Shown: positions 40,836 through 51,352, counted from the stretch's first letter. The stretch: 64,000 nt of DNA from Capsulimonadaceae bacterium (GCA_965215505.1 OZ244065.1:512001-576000), one strand, 5' to 3'. Notes: a model not told the origin generated them from the letters alone. Made by a program: numbers and translations.

Positions 40836-43385
40836 ATGACAAACTCCGCTGACTGGCCCGTTTTGCGCCGGTATGACCAAGACCATCTCGCACGAATCGC
40901 CCTCCCCCTGGGCGGCATCGGGACCGGGACGGTTTCGCTCGGCGGGCGCGGCGACCTGCGTGACTGGGAGATGGTCAACCGGCCCGCCAAAGGGTTTGCG
41001 CCGAACCGGGCGTTCTTCGCCCTGTACGCCCGGCCCGAGGGCGGCGAAGCCGTCACGCGCTGCCTGGAAGGGCCGGTCGAGCCGGCGGCCTATGAGGGCG
41101 GCTTCGGCAGCCCCGCCCGCAACCACGGCCTGCCGCGCTTCCGCCGCTGCGAGTTTGTAGCGGCCTACCCGCTCGGCCAGGTCGTGCTTTCGGACCCGGA
41201 CGTTCCGGTCGCGGTCCGCCTGCAAGCCTTCAACCCCCTCATCCCCGCCGACGCCGACCGCAGCGGCATCCCCGCCGCCGTCCTGCGCTATGTCCTGACC
41301 AACACGTCCCCACAGAAGCTAGACGTTTCGGTCTGCGGCAGCCTGGAAAACTTCATCGGCTCCGACGGCACGACGACCGCGCCGAAGCAGAACGTCAACC
41401 TGTTCCGGCGGCGGGACGGGCTGGCCGGGGTCTTCCTGCGCTCGGACGGCGTCCCGCCAACGTCCGAGCAGTGGGGGACGATGACGCTGGCGACGACGGC
41501 GCAGGAGGGCGTCACGGCGCGGACCGCCTGGCCGGACCTGAGCTGGGGCGACGCGCTGCTGGACTTCTGGGACGATCTTTCGGATGACGGCCGCCTAAAC
41601 GAGCGCACCGGGGGAGGGGACGCGCCCACGGCCTCGCTCGCCGCATCTCTGACGCTCGCGCCGGGCGAGACGCGGGCGGTGACGTTCCTGCTGGCCTGGC
41701 ACTTCCCGAACCGGATGACGTGGAACCCCGCCCATGCCGCGCCGGGCGAAGCCTGCTGCGCGGACGGCGAATGCGGCGACCCGAACTGGGTCGGCAACTA
41801 CTATACGACGCAGTACCGGGACGCCTGGGACGTGGCGGCCCGGACGGCGGCCGCGATGCCCGCGCTGGAAGAAGACACGCTGGCCTTCGTCCGCTCCTTC
41901 TGCGCCAGTGACCTGCCGCCGGTCGTCAAAGAGGCGGCCCTGTTCAACCTCAGCACCCTCCGCAGCCAGACCTGTTTCCGCATCGCCTCGGGCGAGTTCA
42001 TGGGGTGGGAGGGCTGCGGCGACAAGGCCGGCTGCTGCGAGGGGTCGTGTACCCATGTCTGGAACTACGAGCAGGCGACGGCCTTCCTGTTCGGCGGCCT
42101 GTCGCGGACGATGCGGGACGTGGAGTTCGGGCACGCGACGCGGCCCGACGGCCTGATGTCCTTCCGAGCCTTCCTGCCCCTGGCGCACGCCGCCGAGCAG
42201 GGCCTCGCCGCCGCCGACGGGCAGATGGGCTGCCTGATGAAGCTGTACCGGGACTGGCAGTTGTCCGGGGACGACGGCTGGCTGCGGGCGCTCTGGCCAC
42301 ACGCGAAGAAGGCCTTGGAGTTCTGCTGGATCAAAGGCGGCTGGGACGCCGACCGGGACGGCGTCATGGAGGGCTGCCAGCACAACACGATGGACGTGGA
42401 GTATTTCGGCCCGAACCCGCAGATGGGCGGCTGGTACTTGGGCGCGCTGCGGGCGATGGAGGAAATGGCGCGGCATCTGGGCGAACCGGAGTTCGCGGCC
42501 TCCTGCCGTGACCTCTTCGAGCGCGGGAGCGTCTGGATGGACGCGCACCTGTTCAACGGCGACTACTATGAACACGAGGTGCGGCCCATCCCCGAAGCCG
42601 CCGACATCGCGCTCGGCCTGCGCGTCGGCATGGGGTCGGCGAACTTAGCTGACCCGGATTTGCAGCTCGGGGCGGGCTGCCTGATCGACCAACTGGCCGG
42701 GCAGTACATGGCCGACGTCTGCGGCCTGGGTCCGCTCCTTGACGCAGGACACGTCCGTCAGACGCTGTACAGCCTGATGCGCTGGAACTTCCAGCCGCGC
42801 ATGGGCGCACACTTCAACCATCTGCGGACGTTCGCCCTGGGCGACGAAGCGGCCATGCTGATGGCGACCTATCCCAAGGGCCGACGCCCCACGCGCCCCT
42901 TCCCGTACTACAACGAGGTCATGACGGGCTTTGAGTATACGGCCGCCGTTCACATGCTCTTTGAGGGCATGACCGAGGAGGGCCTGACGGTGATCGGAGC
43001 GATCCGCGCCCGCTATGACGGCCTGAAGCGCAGCCCGTTCGACGAGGCCGAGTGCGGGCACCACTACGCCCGCGCCATGACGAGCTGGGCGGCGGTGCTG
43101 GCCCTCACCGGCTTCCACTACTCGGCGGTCAATCGGACCCTAGAATTCGCCGCCGCGCCCGCGCCCTGCCGCTGGTTCTGGTCCACGGGGTCGGCCTGGG
43201 GCACCGCCGGTCTGTCGCCGGGCGAACGGGAGACGCGGCTGACCCTTTCCGTCACGAAAGGCAGCCTGACGCTCCAAACGCTCGCGCTGGGCGGCTACGG
43301 AACACTGACGCTGCCGGCACCACGGACGCTTTCAGCGGGCGGCGTACAGGATTACACGATTCCGAAACAAGGAACCGAAGCATGA
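40836..43385 (+). CDS. GH116 glycoside hydrolase (cytoplasmic)
   Basis: LPLGGIGTG, GWEGC...GSCTHVWNY, AADGQMG, HNTMD and ECGHHYARAM motifs. Confidence 0.9.
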   Translation: MTNSADWPVLRRYDQDHLARIALPLGGIGTGTVSLGGRGDLRDWEMVNRPAKGFAPNRAFFALYARPEGGEAVTRCLEGPVEPAAYEGGFGSPARNHGLPRFRRCEFVAAYPLGQVVLSDPDVPVAVRLQAFNPLIPADADRSGIPAAVLRYVLTNTSPQKLDVSVCGSLENFIGSDGTTTAPKQNVNLFRRRDGLAGVFLRSDGVPPTSEQWGTMTLATTAQEGVTARTAWPDLSWGDALLDFWDDLSDDGRLNERTGGGDAPTASLAASLTLAPGETRAVTFLLAWHFPNRMTWNPAHAAPGEACCADGECGDPNWVGNYYTTQYRDAWDVAARTAAAMPALEEDTLAFVRSFCASDLPPVVKEAALFNLSTLRSQTCFRIASGEFMGWEGCGDKAGCCEGSCTHVWNYEQATAFLFGGLSRTMRDVEFGHATRPDGLMSFRAFLPLAHAAEQGLAAADGQMGCLMKLYRDWQLSGDDGWLRALWPHAKKALEFCWIKGGWDADRDGVMEGCQHNTMDVEYFGPNPQMGGWYLGALRAMEEMARHLGEPEFAASCRDLFERGSVWMDAHLFNGDYYEHEVRPIPEAADIALGLRVGMGSANLADPDLQLGAGCLIDQLAGQYMADVCGLGPLLDAGHVRQTLYSLMRWNFQPRMGAHFNHLRTFALGDEAAMLMATYPKGRRPTRPFPYYNEVMTGFEYTAAVHMLFEGMTEEGLTVIGAIRARYDGLKRSPFDEAECGHHYARAMTSWAAVLALTGFHYSAVNRTLEFAAAPAPCRWFWSTGSAWGTAGLSPGERETRLTLSVTKGSLTLQTLALGGYGTLTLPAPRTLSAGGVQDYTIPKQGTEA

Positions 43386-45268
43386 CCACGCCTGAATCCT
43401 CCTCCTCCTGGCCCGCCCCGGCCCTCGCCCCGCTGCCGCTGGGCGCGATCCGCCCGCTCGGCTGGCTGCGGGACCAGCTTCGCATCCAGGCGGACGGCCT
43501 GAGCGGGCACCTGGACGAGTTCTGGCCCTCGGTCGCCGACAGCAAGTGGATCGGCGGCACCGGCGAGGGCTGGGAGCGCGGCCCGTACTGGCTCGACGGC
43601 ATCGTGCCGCTGGCTTTTCTGCTGGACGACGCTCGGCTCAAAGCCAAAGCGCAGCACTGGATAGACTATATCCTGGATCACCAGCACTCCGACGGCTGGC
43701 TGGGTGTGATTGAGGACGGCCATGAAGGAGAAGGGCAGCACGTCCTGGACCCGTGGCCGATCTTCGTGCTGCTGAAGGCGATGACGCAGTGGCAGGAGGC
43801 GACGGGGGACGCGCGCATCATCCCCGCCATGCAGCGGGTCCTGCGCCGCATTGATAGCCTGCTGGACGAAAAGCCGCTGGAAAGCTGGGCGGCGATGCGC
43901 TGGTTCGAGCTGTCAGTCAGCCTCCGGTGGCTGCATGCGCGGACGGGCGAGGCGTGGCTGCTCGACCTGTCCAGTAAAGCGCAGGAGCAGGGGTATGATT
44001 GGGCCGCTCACTTCGCCGACTTCCGGTATACGGGGAAGCAGGCTCCATGGACATTGGAGAACCACGTCGTCAACAACGCCATGGCCTTGAAGGAGCCTGC
44101 CCTCCGGCTGCCGCCCGACCCGAACGGCGGCGGCCTGGCGCGGCAGTGTATGGCGACGCTCGACCGCTATCACGGGCAGGCGGCGGGCGTCTTCTCCGGC
44201 GACGAGAGCCTGGCCGGACTGAACCCCTCCCAGGGGACCGAGACATGCGCCGTCGTGGAATACCTGTACTCGCTCGAAGTCCTCCTGTCCACCTTCGGCG
44301 ACGCCGCTTTGGGCGACCGCCTGGAACGGATCGCGTTTAACGCATTGCCGGCCCCGTTCAAGTCGGACATGTGGGCGCGGCAGTACGACCAGCAGGCGAA
44401 CCAGGTGGTCTGCAAGCGCGCGCCGGACGGCGAGCGCATCTACACCAACAACGGCCCCGAGGCCAACCTGTTCAGCCTGGAAGGCCACTTCGGCTGCTGC
44501 ACGGCCAACATGCACCAGGGCTGGCCCAAGTTTGTCAGCCACCTGTGGATGGCGACCGAGGACGGCGGCATGGCCGCCATCGCCTACGGGCCGTGCGAGG
44601 TCCAGACGACCATCGCCGGGCGGCAGGTGACGATCACTGAGGAGACAGGTTACCCGTTCCGCGCTTTGGTATGCTTCACCGTCAAGGCGGCTTCGCCTGT
44701 GGCCTTCCCGCTGCGGCTCCGGGTTCCTGCCTGGGCCGAGGGTGCGACCGTGGAGGTCAGCGAGAAGCCCCCCGTCGCCGCCGCGCCGGGGACGTTCCAT
44801 GTCATGGACCGCACCTGGAATGATGGCGACACGGTCACGCTCCACCTGCCGATGACGGTCCGCACCGAGCGCGGCTTCCAGGACTCGGTGCGCCTCCTGC
44901 GCGGCCCGCTCGTCTTCTCGCTCCAGATCGGGGAGGAGTTCCGGCAGGTGGGCGGCGAGGCCCCGCACGCCGATTGGGAGGTCTACCCGACTACCCCCTG
45001 GAACTACGGGCTGGCGCTGGTGGAGGGGGAGATCACCGTCCGGGAAGCGCCCATCGGCCCCGTTCCCTTCGCCCCGGATGCCGCGCCGGTGACGCTGACG
45101 GTCCCGGCCCGGCGCGTCGGCATATGGGAGATGCACCGGAACTGCGCCGCCCCGCCGCCCGACGGCATGGTCGCGACGGTCGAGTCGCTGGAAACCGTGG
45201 CGATGATTCCCTATGGCAGCGGGCACCTGCGCGTGACCGACTTCCCGGAGGCGATGGGGAAAAGATGA
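43382..45268 (+). CDS. GH127/GH146 beta-L-arabinofuranosidase-like protein
   Basis: WERGPYWLDG, HVVN, GTETCAVVE and GCCTANMHQGWPKF motifs; ATGA overlap start at 43382. Confidence 0.88.
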   Translation: MTTPESSSSWPAPALAPLPLGAIRPLGWLRDQLRIQADGLSGHLDEFWPSVADSKWIGGTGEGWERGPYWLDGIVPLAFLLDDARLKAKAQHWIDYILDHQHSDGWLGVIEDGHEGEGQHVLDPWPIFVLLKAMTQWQEATGDARIIPAMQRVLRRIDSLLDEKPLESWAAMRWFELSVSLRWLHARTGEAWLLDLSSKAQEQGYDWAAHFADFRYTGKQAPWTLENHVVNNAMALKEPALRLPPDPNGGGLARQCMATLDRYHGQAAGVFSGDESLAGLNPSQGTETCAVVEYLYSLEVLLSTFGDAALGDRLERIAFNALPAPFKSDMWARQYDQQANQVVCKRAPDGERIYTNNGPEANLFSLEGHFGCCTANMHQGWPKFVSHLWMATEDGGMAAIAYGPCEVQTTIAGRQVTITEETGYPFRALVCFTVKAASPVAFPLRLRVPAWAEGATVEVSEKPPVAAAPGTFHVMDRTWNDGDTVTLHLPMTVRTERGFQDSVRLLRGPLVFSLQIGEEFRQVGGEAPHADWEVYPTTPWNYGLALVEGEITVREAPIGPVPFAPDAAPVTLTVPARRVGIWEMHRNCAAPPPDGMVATVESLETVAMIPYGSGHLRVTDFPEAMGKR

Positions 45269-46281
45269 GTGGGACGAATGGCGGGCGGTGGGACGCTGAG
45301 AAGGCACAGGAATGGTACAGGCAGCTCCCCTGGCTGTGCGGGTTCAACTATTTGCCCTCCACGGCGGTCAACTCGACGGAGATGTGGCAGCGCGAGACGT
45401 TCGACCCGGACACCATCAGGCGCGAGATGGGCTGGGCGCGGGACATCGGCTTGAACTGCTGCCGCGTCTTCGCCCAGGCTCTAGTCTGGGGCGCCGACCC
45501 GGGCGGCCTGACTGAGCGGCTGGATCAGTTCCTCGGCATTGCCGAAGCCAGCGGCATCCTGACGCTCCCCGTCCTGTTTGACGACTGCGCGTTTGCCGGC
45601 AAGGAGCCATACCTGGGGCCGCAGGAGGAACCTCTGCCGGGTATCCACAACAGCGGGTGGACCCCAAGCCCCGGACCGACAAGGGCCGATGACCGGTCCG
45701 CCTGGCCCCGCCGGCGGGAGTACGTCACTGCACTGCTCACGCGCTTCGGGCAGGACGCGCGCATCTTAGCCTGGGACCTCTACAACGAGCCGGGCAATGA
45801 GGGGCGCGGGGCGCGCAGCCTGCCGCTGCTCCAAGCGGCCTTCGGGTGGGCGCGGGAGGCAGCCCCGAGCCAGCCGCTGACGTCGGGCGTCTGGGATTGG
45901 GATGAGGACCGACGCGAGATCAACGACTTTCTGCTGGCCGCCTCCGACGTACTCACTTTCCACGAGTACGCCGGAGCGGACCGGTTGACGCAGACCATCG
46001 CACGGCTCCGAGGGGCCGGCAGGCCAATCCTCTGCACCGAATGGATGGCCCGGACGCTCGACAGCCGTTTTGAGACGCATCTACCTTTCTTCAGGCAGGA
46101 GAGCGTCGGCTGCTTCTTTTGGGGCCTGGTCAATGGCCGGACGCAGACTCACTTCCCTTGGGGATCGGTAGAGGGCGGCCCGCCGCCGCGCGTGTGGTTC
46201 CATGACCTTTTGGACGGTCAGGGGAGGCCGTACAGCGAGCAGGAAACTACGCTGATCCGGCAGATGACCACGCCGGCATGA
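45265..46281 (+). CDS. GH5-like glycoside hydrolase
   Basis: GFNYLPSTAVN, WDLYNEP and CTEWMAR catalytic Glu motifs; ATGA overlap start. Confidence 0.85.
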   Translation: MSGTNGGRWDAEKAQEWYRQLPWLCGFNYLPSTAVNSTEMWQRETFDPDTIRREMGWARDIGLNCCRVFAQALVWGADPGGLTERLDQFLGIAEASGILTLPVLFDDCAFAGKEPYLGPQEEPLPGIHNSGWTPSPGPTRADDRSAWPRRREYVTALLTRFGQDARILAWDLYNEPGNEGRGARSLPLLQAAFGWAREAAPSQPLTSGVWDWDEDRREINDFLLAASDVLTFHEYAGADRLTQTIARLRGAGRPILCTEWMARTLDSRFETHLPFFRQESVGCFFWGLVNGRTQTHFPWGSVEGGPPPRVWFHDLLDGQGRPYSEQETTLIRQMTTPA

Positions 46282-46285
46282 ACCG

Positions 46286-48070
46286 TCACGGCACGGTCAC
46301 TTTCAAGACCGTCAGGCCATCCTCGTTCTTCGTCACTGCGAGGGGAACGGTCTTGGTCCGCCCGCCGCGCGCCACCGTGACCTGATAATCGCCGAGGAAG
46401 GCGCGCGTCTGGTACGCGCCCGTCCTGCCTGTCTTCCCGGCCGCGTCGGTCCACCAATCGTGGAAGACCAGCCGCTCGTAGACGAGCGCGGCGGGGCGCG
46501 GCGTCCAGTCTTGCCGGTACATCGCGCCGCCCTGTTTGGCGAGCCAGTGGCTCCCCGCCCAAAAGCCCCATTGCACAAAGGATGTGACCTGGGGGTGGGA
46601 GAAGATGGCCGTCATGAACTCGTCCTGATACTGCCCGTGGGCGGCATCATCCTGGACACTCGCATCGTACTCGGTGATCTCCATAGGCAGCTTGTAGGCC
46701 GCCCAGTGGTCTAGGCTGCGGAGCAGGATGGGGGCGGGGACGAGCGGGTTTGCGCCACCCATGTGGTTCTGGATGCCTAGGACGGACACGGGCGCGTGCT
46801 GTGCGTCAATCAAGTAGTGCAGGATGCCGTCTACCTGGCCGTCCGACTTGCCGGCCGTGCCGCCGCCGGTGTCGAAGATGACGTTGTCGTTGTAGGCCAG
46901 CTTGACGTTCGGGTCCGTCTCGTGCGCCCAGTCAAAGGCCTTCGCGATCAGGTCTTTGCCGGCCTCGTCGTAAACCTCATGGCTGGTCACGGCCTCGTTG
47001 ACGACGTCCCAGACGACGATGCGGCCCCGCGTCTTCGCCACATAATCCAGGATGTGGTCGTGGACGGCGCTCCGCATTGCATTCCCGCGCAGCGGTTTCA
47101 CCTCGTCGGGCAGCCACATGTAGCTCGGCCAGAACAGGTTGTGGCCACGCACCGGCAGGTCGTGCGCCTTGGACCAGGTCAGCAGCTTGTCGGCCTGTGG
47201 CCAGCCCTGCCCGCCATAAGAACCCCACTTGAGCGTGTTTTCCAGGACGATATAGTTGAAGCCACGCAGGAGAGTCTTGCGGTAGTTCTCGCCGTTGGGC
47301 GTCTGCGCGAACAGCGGCTCCGGCGCGATGGCCGTCCCGAAATGGAACGCGTGGCGCGTCTGCCGGACATGGACGGCGGCGCGCGCGACGGGCCTGCCCT
47401 GGGCATCCACGACGCGGACGAGCAGGTTCCCCATGCGGTAGCGGCGGATGCGGGCGTTCGCGGCGGGCCGCCAGGCATCGTCGTGCGGCTGGCCGCCGTA
47501 AAGGTCCCGGCCGATGTCGGCGGGGCGCGGTCGAGGATTGACGCCGTAGTCTTCCAGGGTGACGCGGGCGATCTCGATGGTCCCGGCCTGCTGGCCGATG
47601 ACGAAATGTGCGTTGGACTCGCCCGGCCCATAGGCGGGCGTCGTGAAGGTGAAGGCGTATTCCTTCCACTCCGGCGTGAGCGCCAGGCTTTGGGCTAGGG
47701 CCTTGTCGTAGTCAGGGGAAGCTTTTTCCACGATGGCGGTGATGGGGCTGCGGGTGGGAGAACGGCCCCAGAAGTGCAGCCGGAGGACGGTCTGATCGGC
47801 CAGCGGGACCGCGACCATCTGACGGACCTGCATGGTGTAGTCCGGCGAGGCCGGGGTTCGGATGACTATGTGGAGCGCGTCCCCGCCGCCCGGCAACCCG
47901 GCGGCGGAAACGGTCGTCATGGCGGCATCGCCGGAGTGGGGCGCGGTCAGCGCGAATGCCCCGCCGGTCAGCAGATTATGGTCGTCCCGGTCCGCCGCCC
48001 ACAGGACCGGCGCGGCGAGGAAGAGGCAGACCGTCAGGAAAAGCGTTCGCAGCATCATTCGCAGTATCAT
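46286..48070 (-). CDS. Secreted GH10 endo-1,4-beta-xylanase with CBM4/9-like domain
   Basis: ENTLKW, VRGHNLFW, WDVVNE, GIQNH and ITEYD motifs. Confidence 0.9.
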   Translation of the reverse strand: MILRMMLRTLFLTVCLFLAAPVLWAADRDDHNLLTGGAFALTAPHSGDAAMTTVSAAGLPGGGDALHIVIRTPASPDYTMQVRQMVAVPLADQTVLRLHFWGRSPTRSPITAIVEKASPDYDKALAQSLALTPEWKEYAFTFTTPAYGPGESNAHFVIGQQAGTIEIARVTLEDYGVNPRPRPADIGRDLYGGQPHDDAWRPAANARIRRYRMGNLLVRVVDAQGRPVARAAVHVRQTRHAFHFGTAIAPEPLFAQTPNGENYRKTLLRGFNYIVLENTLKWGSYGGQGWPQADKLLTWSKAHDLPVRGHNLFWPSYMWLPDEVKPLRGNAMRSAVHDHILDYVAKTRGRIVVWDVVNEAVTSHEVYDEAGKDLIAKAFDWAHETDPNVKLAYNDNVIFDTGGGTAGKSDGQVDGILHYLIDAQHAPVSVLGIQNHMGGANPLVPAPILLRSLDHWAAYKLPMEITEYDASVQDDAAHGQYQDEFMTAIFSHPQVTSFVQWGFWAGSHWLAKQGGAMYRQDWTPRPAALVYERLVFHDWWTDAAGKTGRTGAYQTRAFLGDYQVTVARGGRTKTVPLAVTKNEDGLTVLKVTVP

Positions 48071-51000
48071 CGGGCGTTACTCCGTGGCAAAGAAGCCGTG
48101 TGTCGGCTTTGGGGGACCAGGACGGCCCCGACGCGGCTGGCCCCGGTCTCGACGATGATCTTGACCTGCGTAGGCGGGTTGCCGTCTTCGTCGAAGACCA
48201 CCAGGCTGTTCCCTCCGGGCCGCAGCAGCGATTCGGGGAGGTAGATGCTGTCTATGGGTGCCTTCTCCGGGTAGCGACCCAGGCAGCGCCCATTGAGCCA
48301 GAAGAAGCCGCGCGACAGGCCGGCGAACGTGGCCCGCAGGATGGGGTGGGGGCCGGAAGCGGCGGGCGGGGCGGCTTGGAACGTAGTTTGGTAGAAGGCC
48401 GGGGCGTCCGCGCCGCCGCTGCCGACCAGCGGACTCCAGACGTTCGCGGCAGTGGGCGACGGCGGGGTGACGCCGCCGCGCATCTTCCAGCTGTGGACCG
48501 CGATGCCGTCCACGATGCCGCCGGTGAGCTTGACATCGCCGAGCAGGCCGCCCGCGCCCGCCGTGTTCTGGACGGCTACAGCCAGCACGTTCGGGCCGCC
48601 GTCGCGCCAGGCGTCGTCCAAGGGGATGTCACGACCGGCGTTGATGCCGACATCGTCGGCGATCTTTTTGCCGTTCAGGTAGACGGTGCCGTTGTCGTCA
48701 ATGGAGTTGAAGTGGATGCGCCGGTGCGGGCCGGGGAGGTTCGGCAGGGTCGCGCGGAACCAGGCCCAGCCGAGCCGGTCCTTGAAAACGTCCGTCGTGG
48801 TCGTGGCGTCGTGCCAGTCCGTGCCGGTCGTGGGGAATTCGGGTGCGGCGAACCGGGCGGCATCGCCAGGGGCCTTGTCGTCGGCCCGCCACCGGAAGCC
48901 GTTGAGGGGAACGGCCGACGGGGCCGTCGTGGTAAGGCTGACCGTCCCCGCGATGCCCTTGGCATCTATGTCATCCAGCGGCCCGTAGTAGTTGAACAGC
49001 TTGTTGCGCCCGTAATGCGCCGCAAGGAACGCCAGGGTGTTCGGCCCTGCCCTCAGATGGACGGTCAGACTGCGCGGGACGGGCGTCTGATACCGCGTCT
49101 GGACGTCGCTGCTTTCTTCGCGCTTTCCGTTAGCAAAGCAGGCCAGCCAGTCCCCGGCGTCGGTGATGCTCACCTGATAGACGCCCGCTGCGGGCGCGTT
49201 GACATTCGCCCGATACCAGGCGTAGGCGCTGATGTCACCGTCCGTGCCCATCGGGAGCGGGTCGGCGCTGCCCTTCCAGGCGGCATCGTCGTAGCCGGGC
49301 TGGGCGGGCTGAGTCAGGGCGTCCATTCGCCACACGCCGAGAGACGGCGCGGCGGCGGGGACGGCTCCGGGGACCGGAACCGGCGCGAGCAGTGAGGGCG
49401 GCGCGAGCGAAGCCGTGTAGAGGAGCTTGGGTAGGGCAGGGGAGGAGGGCGCTCCCAGCCCGCGCTGCTCCGTGATCAGACGGGGCTTCCCCTCAGTCCC
49501 TTCCTCGCCGACATAATCCGGGCCGCAGGCGATCAGGCCGTTGTCCAGGAACCAGGTGCGGTCGGCCATGTCCGCGCTCATGGTCAGGACGCGGACGGTG
49601 TGGACGCCGACCTGAAAGGCACTGACCAGGGGTTCGGTGGCGGGAATGCGTGTTTTGAGGATTACCTGCGCCGCCGCCATTGTCAGCGCCTCATTGCCTG
49701 CCGACTGCCCGGCGGCCTTCGCGCCCGCCGCCGCGAAATGCAGTTCTATTGGCTCGCCGGGCACACCGTAGGCAACCAGCGTCGTGATGTTCCCATGGGT
49801 CTGCGCGCCGAGCAGGTGGGCGGCGGCGAGTTCCAGGTCTACGCCCGGTGCCAGCGGGCAGCCCATGACGACCGGCATGATCTCGCCGGGTTGCAGGGTG
49901 ATCGGCCCCGCACTCGGGAACAGCGCGCCGCCGGTCATCTTGATCTGGGTCTTGACCGGCCCGCCGCCGCCGTTGTCCAGGAACAGGACTTCGCCCGCCG
50001 CCCCCTTGCGGTGGGTGATATGGACACTATCTTGGGTCGGCGCGGCCCCGTCTCCGCCGCTTTCGGCCAGCGAGTTAGACAGGACGGCGGGGAAAGAGGT
50101 CGCGAACAGCGCGGCCCGCTTGCAGCGGTAGTAGGCGTCCCGCAGATCGCCCACCTGGCCGATGGGCGAGCCGAAGTCGTAGGAGGCGGCCTGCTGGTCG
50201 TTGTTCCACGTCTCGAAGTCGGTGCCGCCCGCCATGGTGTAGTGCGTATAGCCTGCGCCGCCGTAGGCGATCACCTTCCAGGTCGCCCGTTCCAGCTTCT
50301 TCGCCCGCTCCGGCTCCATCCCGTAGCGCCCGACCCAGCCCGTCCAGAACTCGGTGGAGTACCACGGGCTTGTGCGCTGGGAAGTGTCGAATGGGTCATT
50401 GCCGGCGGGGTCATCGCTGTGGTTCAGCCCGCTGAAGAACAGGGGGACTTCCAGCCCGGCCTGACGCGCGTGTTCGTAGTAACGCTTGTAATAGGCGTTC
50501 GCCAGGTCCGTTCCGCCGCCCGCCCCGCCGCCCAGGACGTGTTCGTTTTCTAGCTGCACCATCAGGATCGGCCCGCCGTGGTTGATCTGGTTGGCGACCA
50601 GGATGGGATACAGTTTGGCGAAATAGGGGTCCACGGCCTGGTAGAACGGCTGGTTGTCGGTCATGGGGAGCAGGCCCGGCTTGAAGCGGAGCCAGACGGG
50701 CAGGCCGCCGGTGTCCCATTCGGCGTTGACATACGGCCCCATGCGGACGATGGCGTACAGGTTCAGCGAATGCACGAGTTTGAGGAAGGCATCCAGGTCC
50801 TTCTCCCCGGTGAAATCGAACTCGCCCTCGCGCGGCTCATGGTAATTCCAGAAGGCATACGTCTGGACCGTGTTGTATCCCGCCCGCTTGATCCGCAGGA
50901 GCCGGTCACGCCATTGGGCGCGCGGCGTCCGGGGGTATTGCAGCTCCCCAGCGACGATGAATGTCCGCTTGCCGTTGATCAAAAACCCCTTGCCGTCGAA

Positions 51001-51141
51001 GTTGATGTACGGCCTGGCAGCAGGCAGAGGCGGGAAGATGCTGTCGTTGTCATTCGGCCAGCCGAAGGCGTGGGCACGGATGGGCAGGAGGCAGCAGGCT
51101 AGGGCAAAAAGAATCGGGAGTAGGCGAGGGGATGGTTTCAT
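48067..51141 (-). CDS. Secreted GH35 beta-galactosidase
   Basis: QTYAFWNYHEP, RMGPYVNAEW, QLENE, TEFWTGW, GGTDF and SYDFGSPI motifs. Confidence 0.92.
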   Translation of the reverse strand: MKPSPRLLPILFALACCLLPIRAHAFGWPNDNDSIFPPLPAARPYINFDGKGFLINGKRTFIVAGELQYPRTPRAQWRDRLLRIKRAGYNTVQTYAFWNYHEPREGEFDFTGEKDLDAFLKLVHSLNLYAIVRMGPYVNAEWDTGGLPVWLRFKPGLLPMTDNQPFYQAVDPYFAKLYPILVANQINHGGPILMVQLENEHVLGGGAGGGTDLANAYYKRYYEHARQAGLEVPLFFSGLNHSDDPAGNDPFDTSQRTSPWYSTEFWTGWVGRYGMEPERAKKLERATWKVIAYGGAGYTHYTMAGGTDFETWNNDQQAASYDFGSPIGQVGDLRDAYYRCKRAALFATSFPAVLSNSLAESGGDGAAPTQDSVHITHRKGAAGEVLFLDNGGGGPVKTQIKMTGGALFPSAGPITLQPGEIMPVVMGCPLAPGVDLELAAAHLLGAQTHGNITTLVAYGVPGEPIELHFAAAGAKAAGQSAGNEALTMAAAQVILKTRIPATEPLVSAFQVGVHTVRVLTMSADMADRTWFLDNGLIACGPDYVGEEGTEGKPRLITEQRGLGAPSSPALPKLLYTASLAPPSLLAPVPVPGAVPAAAPSLGVWRMDALTQPAQPGYDDAAWKGSADPLPMGTDGDISAYAWYRANVNAPAAGVYQVSITDAGDWLACFANGKREESSDVQTRYQTPVPRSLTVHLRAGPNTLAFLAAHYGRNKLFNYYGPLDDIDAKGIAGTVSLTTTAPSAVPLNGFRWRADDKAPGDAARFAAPEFPTTGTDWHDATTTTDVFKDRLGWAWFRATLPNLPGPHRRIHFNSIDDNGTVYLNGKKIADDVGINAGRDIPLDDAWRDGGPNVLAVAVQNTAGAGGLLGDVKLTGGIVDGIAVHSWKMRGGVTPPSPTAANVWSPLVGSGGADAPAFYQTTFQAAPPAASGPHPILRATFAGLSRGFFWLNGRCLGRYPEKAPIDSIYLPESLLRPGGNSLVVFDEDGNPPTQVKIIVETGASRVGAVLVPQSRHTASLPRSNAR

Positions 51142-51207
51142 GGAGGGTACTCGTTGGGGCGCGTTGCAAATAATAACTGATGTTACGCGCCGATTGAGGC
51201 AGGCGAG

Positions 51208-51352
51208 GACGAGTGCTTGAAATCACTCGCTCCGGCAGGATTTGTCCAGGGGACAAAGGAACAGGACAAAGCCGCTCCGACCGTCTTCTGTCTTTCCCCT
51301 CTTCTGTCCCCTGGACAGGTCTGAAGTCAGCGAGTGATTTCAATCACTCGTC
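51208..51352. repeat. REPIN/MITE-like composite inverted repeat in the GH35 leader
   Basis: Outer arms GACGAGTGCTTGAAATCACTCGCT / AGCGAGTGATTTCAATCACTCGTC; inner arms TGTCCAGGGGACA / TGTCCCCTGGACA. Confidence 0.85.

Noticed and set aside
43052..43381. Long N-terminal extensions in the ORF track (GH127; also GH5, first GH116, GH-A, AraC, clpX, wHTH)
   Set aside because: They overlap upstream genes or promoters. Downstream starts fit ATGA coupling, RBS, signal peptides or -10 boxes better.
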